Source: a virus (Duplodnaviria > Caudoviricetes). Taken from it: a stretch of 53,377 nt of DNA. The position numbers and the translations under genes are program-made. This document shows, piece after piece, positions 1 through 8,661 of this stretch (within the stretch, counting starts at the first letter, position 1; the number at the start of each line of letters is the position of its first letter). A model generated the notes under the pieces. That model made no database searches. It was given only the letters and a program-made list of their open reading frames with translations, and had not been told where the DNA came from. Location of the stretch: positions 1 to 53,377 of the IMG/VR virus record IMGVR_UViG_3300023296_001269. One strand, written 5' to 3'.

Positions 1-283
1 CTTTTGTGGGCTTTTTGCGGGCTTCTTGCGGACAATGTTTTTTGAAATCAGCTATTTGCCTCTTTATTTCAATTAAACATTTTTCTTCATTAGCCCACTC
101 TTTTGCCCGTTGCCTTGCCCCGCTCCACCATTCCAGCGTCTTTAATTTGGTAGGCCAGACATTAACAAGGATTTTCTTTTGGTATTTTACTTGCCAATGC
201 CATTTACTCGGCTGCGCCACCGTACAGCCTGTTCCCTCAATCTCTTTCACCAAGCGGTCGTGGGAGAGCCTTGTTTTATCCAT
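1..283 (-). CDS. Hypothetical protein, 3' end runs off the window (MDKTRLSHDRLVKEIEGTG...)
   Basis: Hand translation: ATG at 283 overlaps the ligase 3' end; frame stays open to position 1. Confidence 0.7.
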   Translation of the reverse strand, partial: MDKTRLSHDRLVKEIEGTGCTVAQPSKWHWQVKYQKKILVNVWPTKLKTLEWWSGARQRAKEWANEEKCLIEIKRQIADFKKHCPQEARKKPTK

Positions 284-1400
284 CGGCTATTTCTTTCGCT
301 ACAGGTAAGAAGGGTACCGGGGCGTCTGTATTTGTAAACATTTGGTATTTCACCGTCATCCGTTTACCGAGGTAGCTATCCCGATTTTCCCAGAACGCTT
401 TCTTTTCTTCATGGCTGCCGGGGGCTGTCACATCGAACGGGTTGCCGTCTTCAGTGGCACATTGAAAGATAGCCATACCTGTATACGAACTGCGGCCTTC
501 CTTGCAGCCTATAATTACAAACTCCCCGTCAAAGAATGTTTTCATCTTTAACAGATTGGCGGATCGCTTTCCGGGGCGGTACCCCGCGCGGCCGTGTCGC
601 AGCATGGCCCCCTCATAATCATGTTCCAGACAATGGGCCTGGAACTGCGCCGCTTCATCCACACTTCCGATGGGTTGTGTGCGAGATAAGTGTACGTGGG
701 AAAGGGACAGCCCGTCCAAAGTCTCGACTAAGAGATTGTTTCTATCTTTGAACGAGAGTTTCGGGTTGCTGATGTCGTATAATATGTAACACAGCTCTTC
801 TGATCTCGGGCGTTTCTTTTTAATGAGAGAACTGATTACATTCAGTGATTCCCCGTGTACGTACAATTCCCCGTCTAATATGGTACCTGGTTCCATTACG
901 GGGTGGAGTTGGTCAATCAGGTGGGGGCAGGTCTCAATAGGTTTGCCCTCTCGGCTGACCAATGTGATATTCATTGCGTCATCACACATCACCAGGCATC
1001 GATGCCCGTCGAATTTAGGTTGCACATGCAGGTGCTCTTTATCTTCCCAGTTAATTTTACTTGCGTGGTCATCATAAACATGCGCAAGCATGGGTGCCGC
1101 AACAATCTTTAATTCAGATTCCCGTATGGTCTCTCCATAATGCTTGCGGTCTTTTCGTTTTGCCCACGCCGCTTCCGCTTCTTTAATCGCTTGTTGTTGC
1201 GGAGTGGTTTCATTTTTCTTTCCTGTATTCTTCCCTGCAGTGATCTGGTCACGGTTCTCTTGCTTTTTTCCGTTTTCCCGCCCGTAGGTGGTAACGATGG
1301 TAGCGGTGCCATCGTCTTCTGGCTCTACACGGACTTCCCAGGTTTGCACACCGCCGTCTGCGGCACGTTTAAATAATACAGGTAAATCAATCAGTGTCAT
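276..1400 (-). CDS. ATP-dependent DNA ligase with N-terminal WGR-like domain
   Basis: Motif I KFDGHR, motif III ILDGELY, IIIa YILYDI, IV EGAMLR, V LLKMK, C-terminal OB fold; N-terminal WEVRV...TYGRENG. Confidence 0.93.
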   Translation of the reverse strand: MTLIDLPVLFKRAADGGVQTWEVRVEPEDDGTATIVTTYGRENGKKQENRDQITAGKNTGKKNETTPQQQAIKEAEAAWAKRKDRKHYGETIRESELKIVAAPMLAHVYDDHASKINWEDKEHLHVQPKFDGHRCLVMCDDAMNITLVSREGKPIETCPHLIDQLHPVMEPGTILDGELYVHGESLNVISSLIKKKRPRSEELCYILYDISNPKLSFKDRNNLLVETLDGLSLSHVHLSRTQPIGSVDEAAQFQAHCLEHDYEGAMLRHGRAGYRPGKRSANLLKMKTFFDGEFVIIGCKEGRSSYTGMAIFQCATEDGNPFDVTAPGSHEEKKAFWENRDSYLGKRMTVKYQMFTNTDAPVPFLPVAKEIADG

Positions 1401-1401
1401 A

Positions 1402-1863
1402 TTATTTCGCCTCTAACCAATGCCCATTGTTAAATTCAAACCCAGCTGCGAGACGCGATTGCTCGCGTAGCTGGATTATACGTCTGCGGAATATATTTTC
1501 ATCTTCATAATATTCTGGGGAATGCGGGTGCCTTGTTAAGTATTCTATTTTAAACACTCTTTCTTTACCCGCAGGTATTTTCTTTTTAGGCTGTTGCGGT
1601 ACAGCGTTCCGAGTTATGTTGCCCGCCGCGTCGAATGTGTCCCCAGGGTACAGCGCTTTAGTTTTAGCTGTGGTGTGCTTTGGAACGCAGGGACAGGTAT
1701 GTCGCCAGGCTATTTTCTGGGCCGTCGCTGCGTATTTATAAAACTTTACACACTCTTTCGTATTACCTAAATGAGCGTGTTCCCGGTATCGTTTATCTTG
1801 ACAATACCGTCTTCCGCACACATCACAAACAACAAACCAGCGGGCTCCGTCATTCTTTGTCAT
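1402..1863 (-). CDS. Hypothetical protein with N-terminal CxxC
   Basis: ORF abuts neighbours; VCDVCGRRYC; ATG at 1863 preceded by G-rich RBS. Confidence 0.7.
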   Translation of the reverse strand: MTKNDGARWFVVCDVCGRRYCQDKRYREHAHLGNTKECVKFYKYAATAQKIAWRHTCPCVPKHTTAKTKALYPGDTFDAAGNITRNAVPQQPKKKIPAGKERVFKIEYLTRHPHSPEYYEDENIFRRRIIQLREQSRLAAGFEFNNGHWLEAK

Positions 1864-2197
1864 CAGCACCCCCCAAATATATTATGCTACCGTAAGGCCC
1901 ACGTTTTGCATACGGGGCATCGTTTTGAAGCGCCTGCCCCAGTGTTCTGAAATAGTAATGGTTCTGGTACCGACCGTTAATTAGGTCTGCTCGTCCCCAG
2001 TTCCAGCCGCATTTCCAGACGCCAACGGCCGCTTGTTTAAACTTACATAACCCAAAGCCGCGCGCGTCATCTAACTCGCATGTAAAACCGCATCGCTCAG
2101 CAAAATCATTTTCTTCCGCAATGCCTTGTAATTTTTTCGCACATTCTTCTTTTGCCATGTTTGTAAATAATGGCGACACTATTGTTCTCCAGCTCAT
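1850..2197 (-). CDS. Hypothetical protein
   Basis: 115-aa ORF, AAGGA RBS, overlaps next gene. Confidence 0.7.
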   Translation of the reverse strand: MSWRTIVSPLFTNMAKEECAKKLQGIAEENDFAERCGFTCELDDARGFGLCKFKQAAVGVWKCGWNWGRADLINGRYQNHYYFRTLGQALQNDAPYAKRGPYGSIIYLGGADDKE

Positions 2198-2240
2198 TCG
2201 TTATCCTTAATCTTAGAAGCTACAGCTGCGTTTCTTGTTT

Positions 2241-2468
2241 TTACGGGTTAGGCTTTGTTTGCACGGGACAGTCACAGCTAAATTCCGCGACAAAAACGCT
2301 CCGGCGAGGAACCAGCAACGCTACGAGGATAGCAACGACCCACCCCCGGAGAGGGTTTCCTGTTGCATAGAGTGCGTAACTATTCCATACTATGCCACAA
2401 ATAAACAACTTGTCACGGGTGTCACAGGCAAGCCACGCTTCCTGTGCTTTCTTTATGAAAGTAGTCAT
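2241..2468 (-). CDS. Small membrane protein
   Basis: MTTFIKK start with AAAGGA RBS; hydrophobic segment WVVAILVALLV. Confidence 0.6.
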   Translation of the reverse strand: MTTFIKKAQEAWLACDTRDKLFICGIVWNSYALYATGNPLRGWVVAILVALLVPRRSVFVAEFSCDCPVQTKPNP

Positions 2469-2469
2469 T

Positions 2470-2859
2470 ATGGTGTTTCCTTTAAAAGTCAATAAAGTGT
2501 GGGGGCATGAAATCATTTTCGCAAATGATCCAGAAAAAGGATACTGCGGAAAAATGCTTTATATCGAAAATAATTTCTGTACCAGCATGCATATGCATCC
2601 CATCAAAGATGAGGTGTTTTACATCACTACCGGTGGTATGTATGTAGAGACCGCGGGCACAGATCCTGAAGGCCCTGGGGACATTGAAAAAGTGTTATTG
2701 TTGCCAAAGGATAGATTCCACATCCCTACGGGTACTTGGCATCGAATCTCTGCAACGAGCCAGGGTGGCCGGTACTCCTCGTTAGTCGAGGTATCCACTT
2801 ATCATGATGATGCTGATGTACTACGGGCAGAAGCAAGCGGGCGTGTTAATCCATTATGA
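2470..2859 (+). CDS. Cupin-fold protein (mannose-6-phosphate isomerase/lyxose isomerase-like)
   Basis: KVWGHE...YCGKML...TSMHMHPIKDEVFY...IPTGTWHRI...EVSTYHDDAD cupin metal motifs. Start is 2470 or 2455. Confidence 0.85.
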   Translation: MVFPLKVNKVWGHEIIFANDPEKGYCGKMLYIENNFCTSMHMHPIKDEVFYITTGGMYVETAGTDPEGPGDIEKVLLLPKDRFHIPTGTWHRISATSQGGRYSSLVEVSTYHDDADVLRAEASGRVNPL

Positions 2860-3424
2860 CGGTATCCGCCTCTGCAGGCGGTTCCCATGTATCTGCTTCT
2901 TGGTTAATACCTTCCAGCACGTATAGATCTTCCCAGCATGCGCGGCAGGCGCAGCATTTAACATCTTGTTTTGCCCGCCCCGGGGACGGCTCCCGTAATT
3001 GCATCGTTCCTGTGAATAGGTCGTCTGACCCACAGAAGGGACATAGCACTCCACCTATAGTATTATACATATTCGCATTTGCAGAAGTAAGCGTGCCAAT
3101 TGTGACTCGCTTTATGCATAACGTATACCGGTAATCCTGCCAGTGCAGCTCGTAGTCCCGCTCCAGTGATCGCCCTACATCTTCAATGCGATCCACAACT
3201 CGTCCGTGTGTGGATTTTAACAGGGCTTGCACCATACCGTGTGGGCGGTTCAATACCGCCAATTCGATAGTGAAGCCAGAGGGGTATTCCACGATGAATG
3301 GGCCAGTAAGCACCATATTAAATGTGGGGTCTTCGTCCGTGCCGCTGCATTCATGCGTATTAACGAGAAGGGCGGGGTGCAGCTCCTGTGCTGAGAGGCG
3401 AAGGGTTTCCGAATAATGGGGCAT
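2846..3424 (-). CDS. Hypothetical protein with C-terminal zinc ribbon
   Basis: CPFCGS...CCACRACW motif pair. Confidence 0.7.
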   Translation of the reverse strand: MPHYSETLRLSAQELHPALLVNTHECSGTDEDPTFNMVLTGPFIVEYPSGFTIELAVLNRPHGMVQALLKSTHGRVVDRIEDVGRSLERDYELHWQDYRYTLCIKRVTIGTLTSANANMYNTIGGVLCPFCGSDDLFTGTMQLREPSPGRAKQDVKCCACRACWEDLYVLEGINQEADTWEPPAEADTVIMD

Positions 3425-3611
3425 CTGGTTTTCCTGTCCATTCTATCCCGTATTCCAATCGTGTCTTCGCGTCGGCAATAGCGGGTTGCTTTGCATTTGT
3501 CCAAAGCTGTTGTTCGTAAAATAAAGTAACGTGCGTAGTATAGCGGTCGACAGAGCAGCCGGCCGCGGTAGATAGATACCAACAAAGAAATATTGCGGTT
3601 ATTTTTTTCAT
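3360..3611 (-). CDS. Small exported/lipoprotein-like protein
   Basis: MKKITAIFLCWYLSTAAGC signal-like N-terminus; AAGGA RBS. Confidence 0.5.
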   Translation of the reverse strand: MKKITAIFLCWYLSTAAGCSVDRYTTHVTLFYEQQLWTNAKQPAIADAKTRLEYGIEWTGKPDAPLFGNPSPLSTGAAPRPSR

Positions 3612-3612
3612 G

Positions 3613-4467
3613 TTATTCCTTATACTCTTTCCAGTTACCGATCTCCATATTGCTCGCGTACTGGCGTTTTGCATTTATTAGTTTCGCGTCAGGGTATACA
3701 GGCTTATTAATAATGTCCCAGCCGGCTTCTTCCATTTGATATGCCACATCCATGGCAGCATCGGCTTCAGCTTCTGCTATATCTTCTGTGGCGTCCCCGA
3801 TTAGTTCTATAGGTATGCCCCAGGATTCGTACATATCCCAGCCTGGAATGTGTACGCGACAGCTGACGGTGGCAATCTCAATTCCGGAATAATAGCGAAG
3901 TATCGTCTTAATATACGCCGCGTCTTCTTGGGCGAGCATCTCTGCGGCCACCTGTTTAGTAACACCCGTTTTTCGGTATTTTTGAAATCGTTGTTCCCTG
4001 GTCGTGCCGTGGTAGCTGCAATCATCTATTTCAATCATCCTGGGATCATGCCGGGAAAAGACAGGATCTTGCAGTACGTTATTTGCCATGTCGTAGTTCA
4101 TTTCTTCCGGGACAGGGAACAGATTATGCACAAAAGAGCCATATTCGTTCCAAGGATACACGGCGAGCGAGTCTTTTCCCCACTCTGTATTGCAGCATGT
4201 ATCTACCAGGGCGGCAACATCAACAATGGCGGGTATTGATCTATGCATTTTTTCTGTAAATTGCCCGTACCCTGGGATACCGTCGATGCTCTCCAGGTCT
4301 TCGTGCTCGTCTGTAATAATTATGTATTTACCTTCCCGCCACTTTTTTGTCACCATCTGCCCCATCGCAGTGGCTCGCGTCCGTGTTTCTTCATACTTCT
4401 CTACTGGGGGCGCTTTTAAATCATCGTCGGTTAAACATATTTCTCGATACTGTGGTGTCTGGAACAT
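3613..4467 (-). CDS. Hypothetical protein
   Basis: 284-aa ORF, GGAG RBS, tightly packed in operon. Confidence 0.8.
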   Translation of the reverse strand: MFQTPQYREICLTDDDLKAPPVEKYEETRTRATAMGQMVTKKWREGKYIIITDEHEDLESIDGIPGYGQFTEKMHRSIPAIVDVAALVDTCCNTEWGKDSLAVYPWNEYGSFVHNLFPVPEEMNYDMANNVLQDPVFSRHDPRMIEIDDCSYHGTTREQRFQKYRKTGVTKQVAAEMLAQEDAAYIKTILRYYSGIEIATVSCRVHIPGWDMYESWGIPIELIGDATEDIAEAEADAAMDVAYQMEEAGWDIINKPVYPDAKLINAKRQYASNMEIGNWKEYKE

Positions 4468-4470
4468 GCT

Positions 4471-5160
4471 TTATTGCTCCGGGTTAATCAGATACGGGTC
4501 CAGGCGTTGATTAGTATCTGGATTATAAAATACCAGATTATCGATCGCCGCGGCGGCTCTAGCTGCGTGGCCGACCCCCATAACATATGCAGGGTCTGCT
4601 GCGTTCATCACCTCTCTTCTTGATAAGCCCGCCATCAGATCAGCGGCCCAGTTCAACTCAGTGGTTTGCCGCGGTGCCCAGTGAAATTCAAAACGGTAAC
4701 CGATCCGGGCGAGCTCTCGCATTGGGGCCCAAATCGCTAATTGTTTTCGGGGTAACCGCCCTACGGGGCTTGTCGCTTTATTCCCCCATGACGCGATGAC
4801 TTGCGAATCCGTTAATACATGCACGCGTAAGAACTGCAGGTTTTCCAGCATTTCTTTTCCGAACATGGCGTCATACCATGTAATCGCCTGCACGTATGGC
4901 ATTGATTCTGCAAAGTTTACAGAACCACAATCCATACCTCCGTAAAAGAACCGCCTGCGTTGATGGCGATTTTCAATGAGTGTGGCTGCCCAGCCGCAGG
5001 CATGATTTCTTCCACTGCCGGAGCCGTCCCCTACCAATAGCAAGTCGTAAGCGGGGTGGCCCATTTTTTCAAGCACCTGGGCGAGCAGTTGTCTTTCTGA
5101 GTCGCGTATTTCAGTCTCCATTGCTGACGTGTAGCCCGTCTCGTTTTCTTTCTGCTGCAT
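4471..5160 (-). CDS. Ribonuclease HI-like protein
   Basis: RNase H catalytic pattern: VGDGSG, SVNFAES, VLTDSQ, FHWAPR...NWAADLMA. Confidence 0.85.
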   Translation of the reverse strand: MQQKENETGYTSAMETEIRDSERQLLAQVLEKMGHPAYDLLLVGDGSGSGRNHACGWAATLIENRHQRRRFFYGGMDCGSVNFAESMPYVQAITWYDAMFGKEMLENLQFLRVHVLTDSQVIASWGNKATSPVGRLPRKQLAIWAPMRELARIGYRFEFHWAPRQTTELNWAADLMAGLSRREVMNAADPAYVMGVGHAARAAAAIDNLVFYNPDTNQRLDPYLINPEQ

Positions 5161-5482
5161 GGACTTCCTCTTCTAGTTGCTCTAACTGTTTTCGCCGCTC
5201 TCCCATATATTTATCTATGTTCTGCAGGCACTGCTGACTCAACTGTAATTCATAGTTGAGTGCTTTTATGGTTTGTTGTGTGAGTTTTACTATCTCCGCA
5301 GGGCTGGTTATAGGACCCGACTGCCCTTTAATAATTGCGTAAGGTAAAGCATCGCTAGTGTAGCAATAGCTGAAGACCATTGCAGCAGCTTCTAGTTCTG
5401 GTATCTCTTCCAATAATGCGTCTATCGCAGCGGACGCCTTTTCCACTAACTCTTCTGGGAACGGCTTCTTCTTATCAGTCAT
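5111..5482 (-). CDS. Hypothetical protein with C-terminal coiled coil
   Basis: 123-aa ORF overlapping both neighbours. Confidence 0.7.
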   Translation of the reverse strand: MTDKKKPFPEELVEKASAAIDALLEEIPELEAAAMVFSYCYTSDALPYAIIKGQSGPITSPAEIVKLTQQTIKALNYELQLSQQCLQNIDKYMGERRKQLEQLEEEVHAAERKRDGLHVSNGD

Positions 5483-5900
5483 TAATGTAGCGGGCCTCCG
5501 ATGGAAGTAATGCGTTAATTAAATTACCCAATCGCGTTGCTGCTAAAGAATACACAGGCACCTTCAACAGAAAGATCACCCAGGGTATGGTGATAAAATG
5601 TGCCGGCACAAAAAATAGTACCAGCAATATCCAAGGAACATGATACGAAAAACAAAAGTCACAGCTCAGTAGCTCGAATAACAGTCTAGGTAAGCACTTA
5701 CTGGCTACGCGCATCATCAAAGGTGCTGGCTCACCTTGTGGATCGTCGGCGGCCTGTTCCGGGGTGCCCCTAAGATCTGGATCTTCTTCTGCTGCAACAG
5801 CAGCAAATTCTCGCCATGTTGCAAAGATAGATCCGTTAAACCAGACGTCAATAACGCCCCCGGCAGCAAGTGTCAATACAATAAAATCAAACCAGCTCAT
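5475..5900 (-). CDS. DUF1360-like membrane protein with CxxC
   Basis: ELLSCDFCFSYHVPW followed by hydrophobic helices resembles the DUF1360 LLxCxxCxSxW signature. Confidence 0.6.
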   Translation of the reverse strand: MSWFDFIVLTLAAGGVIDVWFNGSIFATWREFAAVAAEEDPDLRGTPEQAADDPQGEPAPLMMRVASKCLPRLLFELLSCDFCFSYHVPWILLVLFFVPAHFITIPWVIFLLKVPVYSLAATRLGNLINALLPSEARYIND

Positions 5901-5904
5901 GGTA

Positions 5905-6081
5905 CTACTTTCGTTTACCTCTAATGACTTCTGTGTCTATCGCGTTACAAAAGCGTAACACGAGAAATACCCCGACAAGCCCGAATAACATAGCCACGCT
6001 TTCTAAAAGCCAGGCGGTGCCCAGAATCGCGGGTACAGCGAACGCAGAAAATTGTACGAAAGAATTAGCGCCTGTGCGCAT
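5905..6081 (-). CDS. 58-aa two-TM membrane protein (not in ORF track)
   Basis: Hand translation MRTGANSFVQFSAFAVPAILGTAWLLESVAMLFGLVGVFLVLRFCNAIDTEVIRGKRK; CAGGAG RBS. Confidence 0.7.
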   Translation of the reverse strand: MRTGANSFVQFSAFAVPAILGTAWLLESVAMLFGLVGVFLVLRFCNAIDTEVIRGKRK

Positions 6082-6110
6082 TATCGTCTCCTGTAAATTA
6101 ATAAGCGACG

Positions 6111-6350
6111 CTAGGAAAGTTCTTCCTCACCGTGCGGCCAGGGGGTAGTGTTTCCTGCGTCTGGCGGATGGTTCCTTGCCATTTGCAAGGCATCCGGTAA
6201 TGGGTAAGGTGGCGAAATAGGTATAGTGTGAATGGGATTATGGGCGAGATCCAGACGTGGGCCCGGTAATCGGTGTGTTTGCACGTCCTCTGGAGCCCGC
6301 CGTTCTTGGTACAACTTCGCACTTTTGCTTAAACGTGGTGTGTCACCCAT
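6111..6350 (-). CDS. Hypothetical Pro-rich protein
   Basis: 79-aa ORF with CAGGGG RBS filling the gap. Confidence 0.55.
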   Translation of the reverse strand: MGDTPRLSKSAKLYQERRAPEDVQTHRLPGPRLDLAHNPIHTIPISPPYPLPDALQMARNHPPDAGNTTPWPHGEEELS

Positions 6351-6424
6351 GAACTATTTCCCCTGTATACCTTAAAAAATATCAGTTATACTGATAAATT
6401 ACCAACAATAATTAAACGCAGTTA

Positions 6425-6580
6425 CTATTTATCGTTAGAGGATTTATCCTCAAACGCCCACATAATAACTGCTAACGCCGCGTGTAGTAATGCTGCAGCA
6501 GCTGTTGCTACATACAGAAATATATTTATGAGCCCGTCTTCTAAAAATTGAAACTCAGGCTCTTCCGAAGGTTTTTTCAT
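6425..6580 (-). CDS. 51-aa single-TM protein (not in ORF track)
   Basis: Hand translation MKKPSEEPEFQFLEDGLINIFLYVATAAAALLHAALAVIMWAFEDKSSNDK; AGGGAG RBS lies inside the terminase ORF. Confidence 0.6.
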   Translation of the reverse strand: MKKPSEEPEFQFLEDGLINIFLYVATAAAALLHAALAVIMWAFEDKSSNDK

Positions 6581-8489
6581 GTCGCTCCCTACTGATATAC
6601 TTAATCCAAACCTATCAAATAACGATATCGCTCATATTATTAAGGAGATCGAATCCAATAATATCAGTGGCCGAAAGCAATCCAGCGCTGATAGGATTCT
6701 ACAGCTTCGACGGCTTGCTGAACATGGGAGATTACAAACACTGGAGCCGTTGCTCCCGCTGTGCCTGTCTTTACAGGGCCAGCCCTATGATTTAACAGAT
6801 CACTATCCTTTCTCCCCTGTCTTTAAAACTGCTATGCCAGCGTCCCTGGTGCTAAAAACTGGCAGGCAGGTAAGCAAAAGTACATCACTTGCCTCACATG
6901 GTGTGATGCTCTCTAACTGCGTACCCTTCTTTCGCACGCTGTATATCACACCATTATACGAACAGATCCGCCGGTTCTCCAATAACTACGTGCGGCCCTT
7001 CATTGATCGTTCTCCTATCAAGCCACTATGGTCCGGTACAAACACAGAGAACTCTGTGTTGCAGCGATCGTTTAAAAATCTAAGCGTGATGATCTTTTCA
7101 TTTGCTTTACTTGATGCAGACAGAATCCGTGGAATTAGTGCAGACAAGGTAGCGATTGACGAAATTCAGGACATGGATCCAGACCATATCCCGATCATTC
7201 GGGAGGTTATGTCTCACTCAAAATATGGCCTTTTCCAGTTCACTGGAACTCCCAAAAGTCTTGACAATCCGCTCGAAGGCCTCTGGAGAAGATCATCACA
7301 GGCAGAGTGGTTCATCCCGTGCTACGGTTGCGGCGAGTGGAATATCCCTGCTATGGAATTCCATATCGACGCCATGATTGGCCCAGCGCATGACGATATC
7401 TCGGAGAAATGCCCTGGTGTTGTTTGTCACAAATGTCGCAAGCCCATCTTTCCACGACAAGGACATTGGGTGCATCGGTACCCTGCCCGCCGCTGGCAAA
7501 TGGCAGGGTATCACGTGCCGCAGATTATTATGCCGCTCCATTACAGTCGCCCGGATAAATGGAGCGAGCTGCTTGCAAAACAATCAGGCTGGGGAAATAC
7601 CACTCAGTCCATGTTTTATAACGAAGTATTAGGGGAGTCTGTCGACGCAGGGCAGAAGCTGCTCTCTGAAACAGAAATGCGGGCTGCCGCTACACTCCCC
7701 TGGAAAAATAATCCGCAGGACCCGTCTCCCGATATGCTGAAACAATTGCCGCAATATAAGATGCGGATGCTTGCGGTTGACTGGGGTGGCGGAGGGCAGG
7801 AAGGGGTGTCTTTCACAACCATTGCGTTGTTGGGGCTGACAACGGCAGGACAGGTCCACATACTTTGGGGCAAGCGATTGGTGGCGTCGCAGGAACATTT
7901 GCGAGAAGCCACAGAAGTACTTCACTGGTTACGTAAATTTAAGTGTGAGCTATTCACGCATGATTACACTGGTGCTGGGGTAGTTCGGGAAACGGTTATG
8001 GTCCAAGCTGGATTCAACCTAGAACGTGTGATGCCTATCCAGTATGTGCGGGCAGCCACATCTAACTTAATGCGATACATTGCTCCTACACCGTTACATA
8101 ACAGAGCGCATTATCGGGTGGACAAGACGCGGTCTCTTCTTTATACCTTTCAGGCAATTAAATTAAAGTTATTGCGGAGTTTTCAATACGACTATATTAA
8201 TGACGATAACCCCGGGCTGCTCAGCGATTTTCTCGCTTTAGTGGAAGAGAAAACCGAGAGCAGATTGGCCGGGGATATCTATACAATTACCCGAAATACC
8301 ATGTTAACTGATGACTTTGCGCAAGCCGTGAACATTGGATGTGCCGCGTTATGGCACGCAAATGACTGTTGGCCTAATTATGCAGACGCCGCGGCAATAG
8401 GCAAACTAAATGCAAATCAGATACCCGCTGCAGGCTCACGGGATTTCGGATGGGAACAGGAAAAAGGTAGCTTCTTTAATCAACCGTAA
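6579..8489 (+). CDS. terL: Terminase large subunit, lambda GpA-like
   Basis: Walker A-like KTGRQVSKS, Walker B VAIDE, coupling motif GTPK, CxxC..CxxC insert, nuclease AVDWG and DDFAQA. Confidence 0.92.
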   Translation: MSLPTDILNPNLSNNDIAHIIKEIESNNISGRKQSSADRILQLRRLAEHGRLQTLEPLLPLCLSLQGQPYDLTDHYPFSPVFKTAMPASLVLKTGRQVSKSTSLASHGVMLSNCVPFFRTLYITPLYEQIRRFSNNYVRPFIDRSPIKPLWSGTNTENSVLQRSFKNLSVMIFSFALLDADRIRGISADKVAIDEIQDMDPDHIPIIREVMSHSKYGLFQFTGTPKSLDNPLEGLWRRSSQAEWFIPCYGCGEWNIPAMEFHIDAMIGPAHDDISEKCPGVVCHKCRKPIFPRQGHWVHRYPARRWQMAGYHVPQIIMPLHYSRPDKWSELLAKQSGWGNTTQSMFYNEVLGESVDAGQKLLSETEMRAAATLPWKNNPQDPSPDMLKQLPQYKMRMLAVDWGGGGQEGVSFTTIALLGLTTAGQVHILWGKRLVASQEHLREATEVLHWLRKFKCELFTHDYTGAGVVRETVMVQAGFNLERVMPIQYVRAATSNLMRYIAPTPLHNRAHYRVDKTRSLLYTFQAIKLKLLRSFQYDYINDDNPGLLSDFLALVEEKTESRLAGDIYTITRNTMLTDDFAQAVNIGCAALWHANDCWPNYADAAAIGKLNANQIPAAGSRDFGWEQEKGSFFNQP

Positions 8490-8661
8490 TGAGGTTGTCA
8501 ACGAACTCCGTATTATCATCTGAGAAGAAATCTACCTCATCATCCGCCCCCTCTCTCGCGCGGGTGGGCAGCTCAATAATAGGGGCATCTTGAAAGGCCG
8601 CACACGTGGGGACATATGCAACAATATCGTCAAACCAGTCAACAGTTTTCCCTTCGCTCAT
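8476..8661 (-). CDS. Small acidic hypothetical protein
   Basis: 61-aa ORF, GGAGG RBS. Confidence 0.65.
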   Translation of the reverse strand: MSEGKTVDWFDDIVAYVPTCAAFQDAPIIELPTRAREGADDEVDFFSDDNTEFVDNLITVD

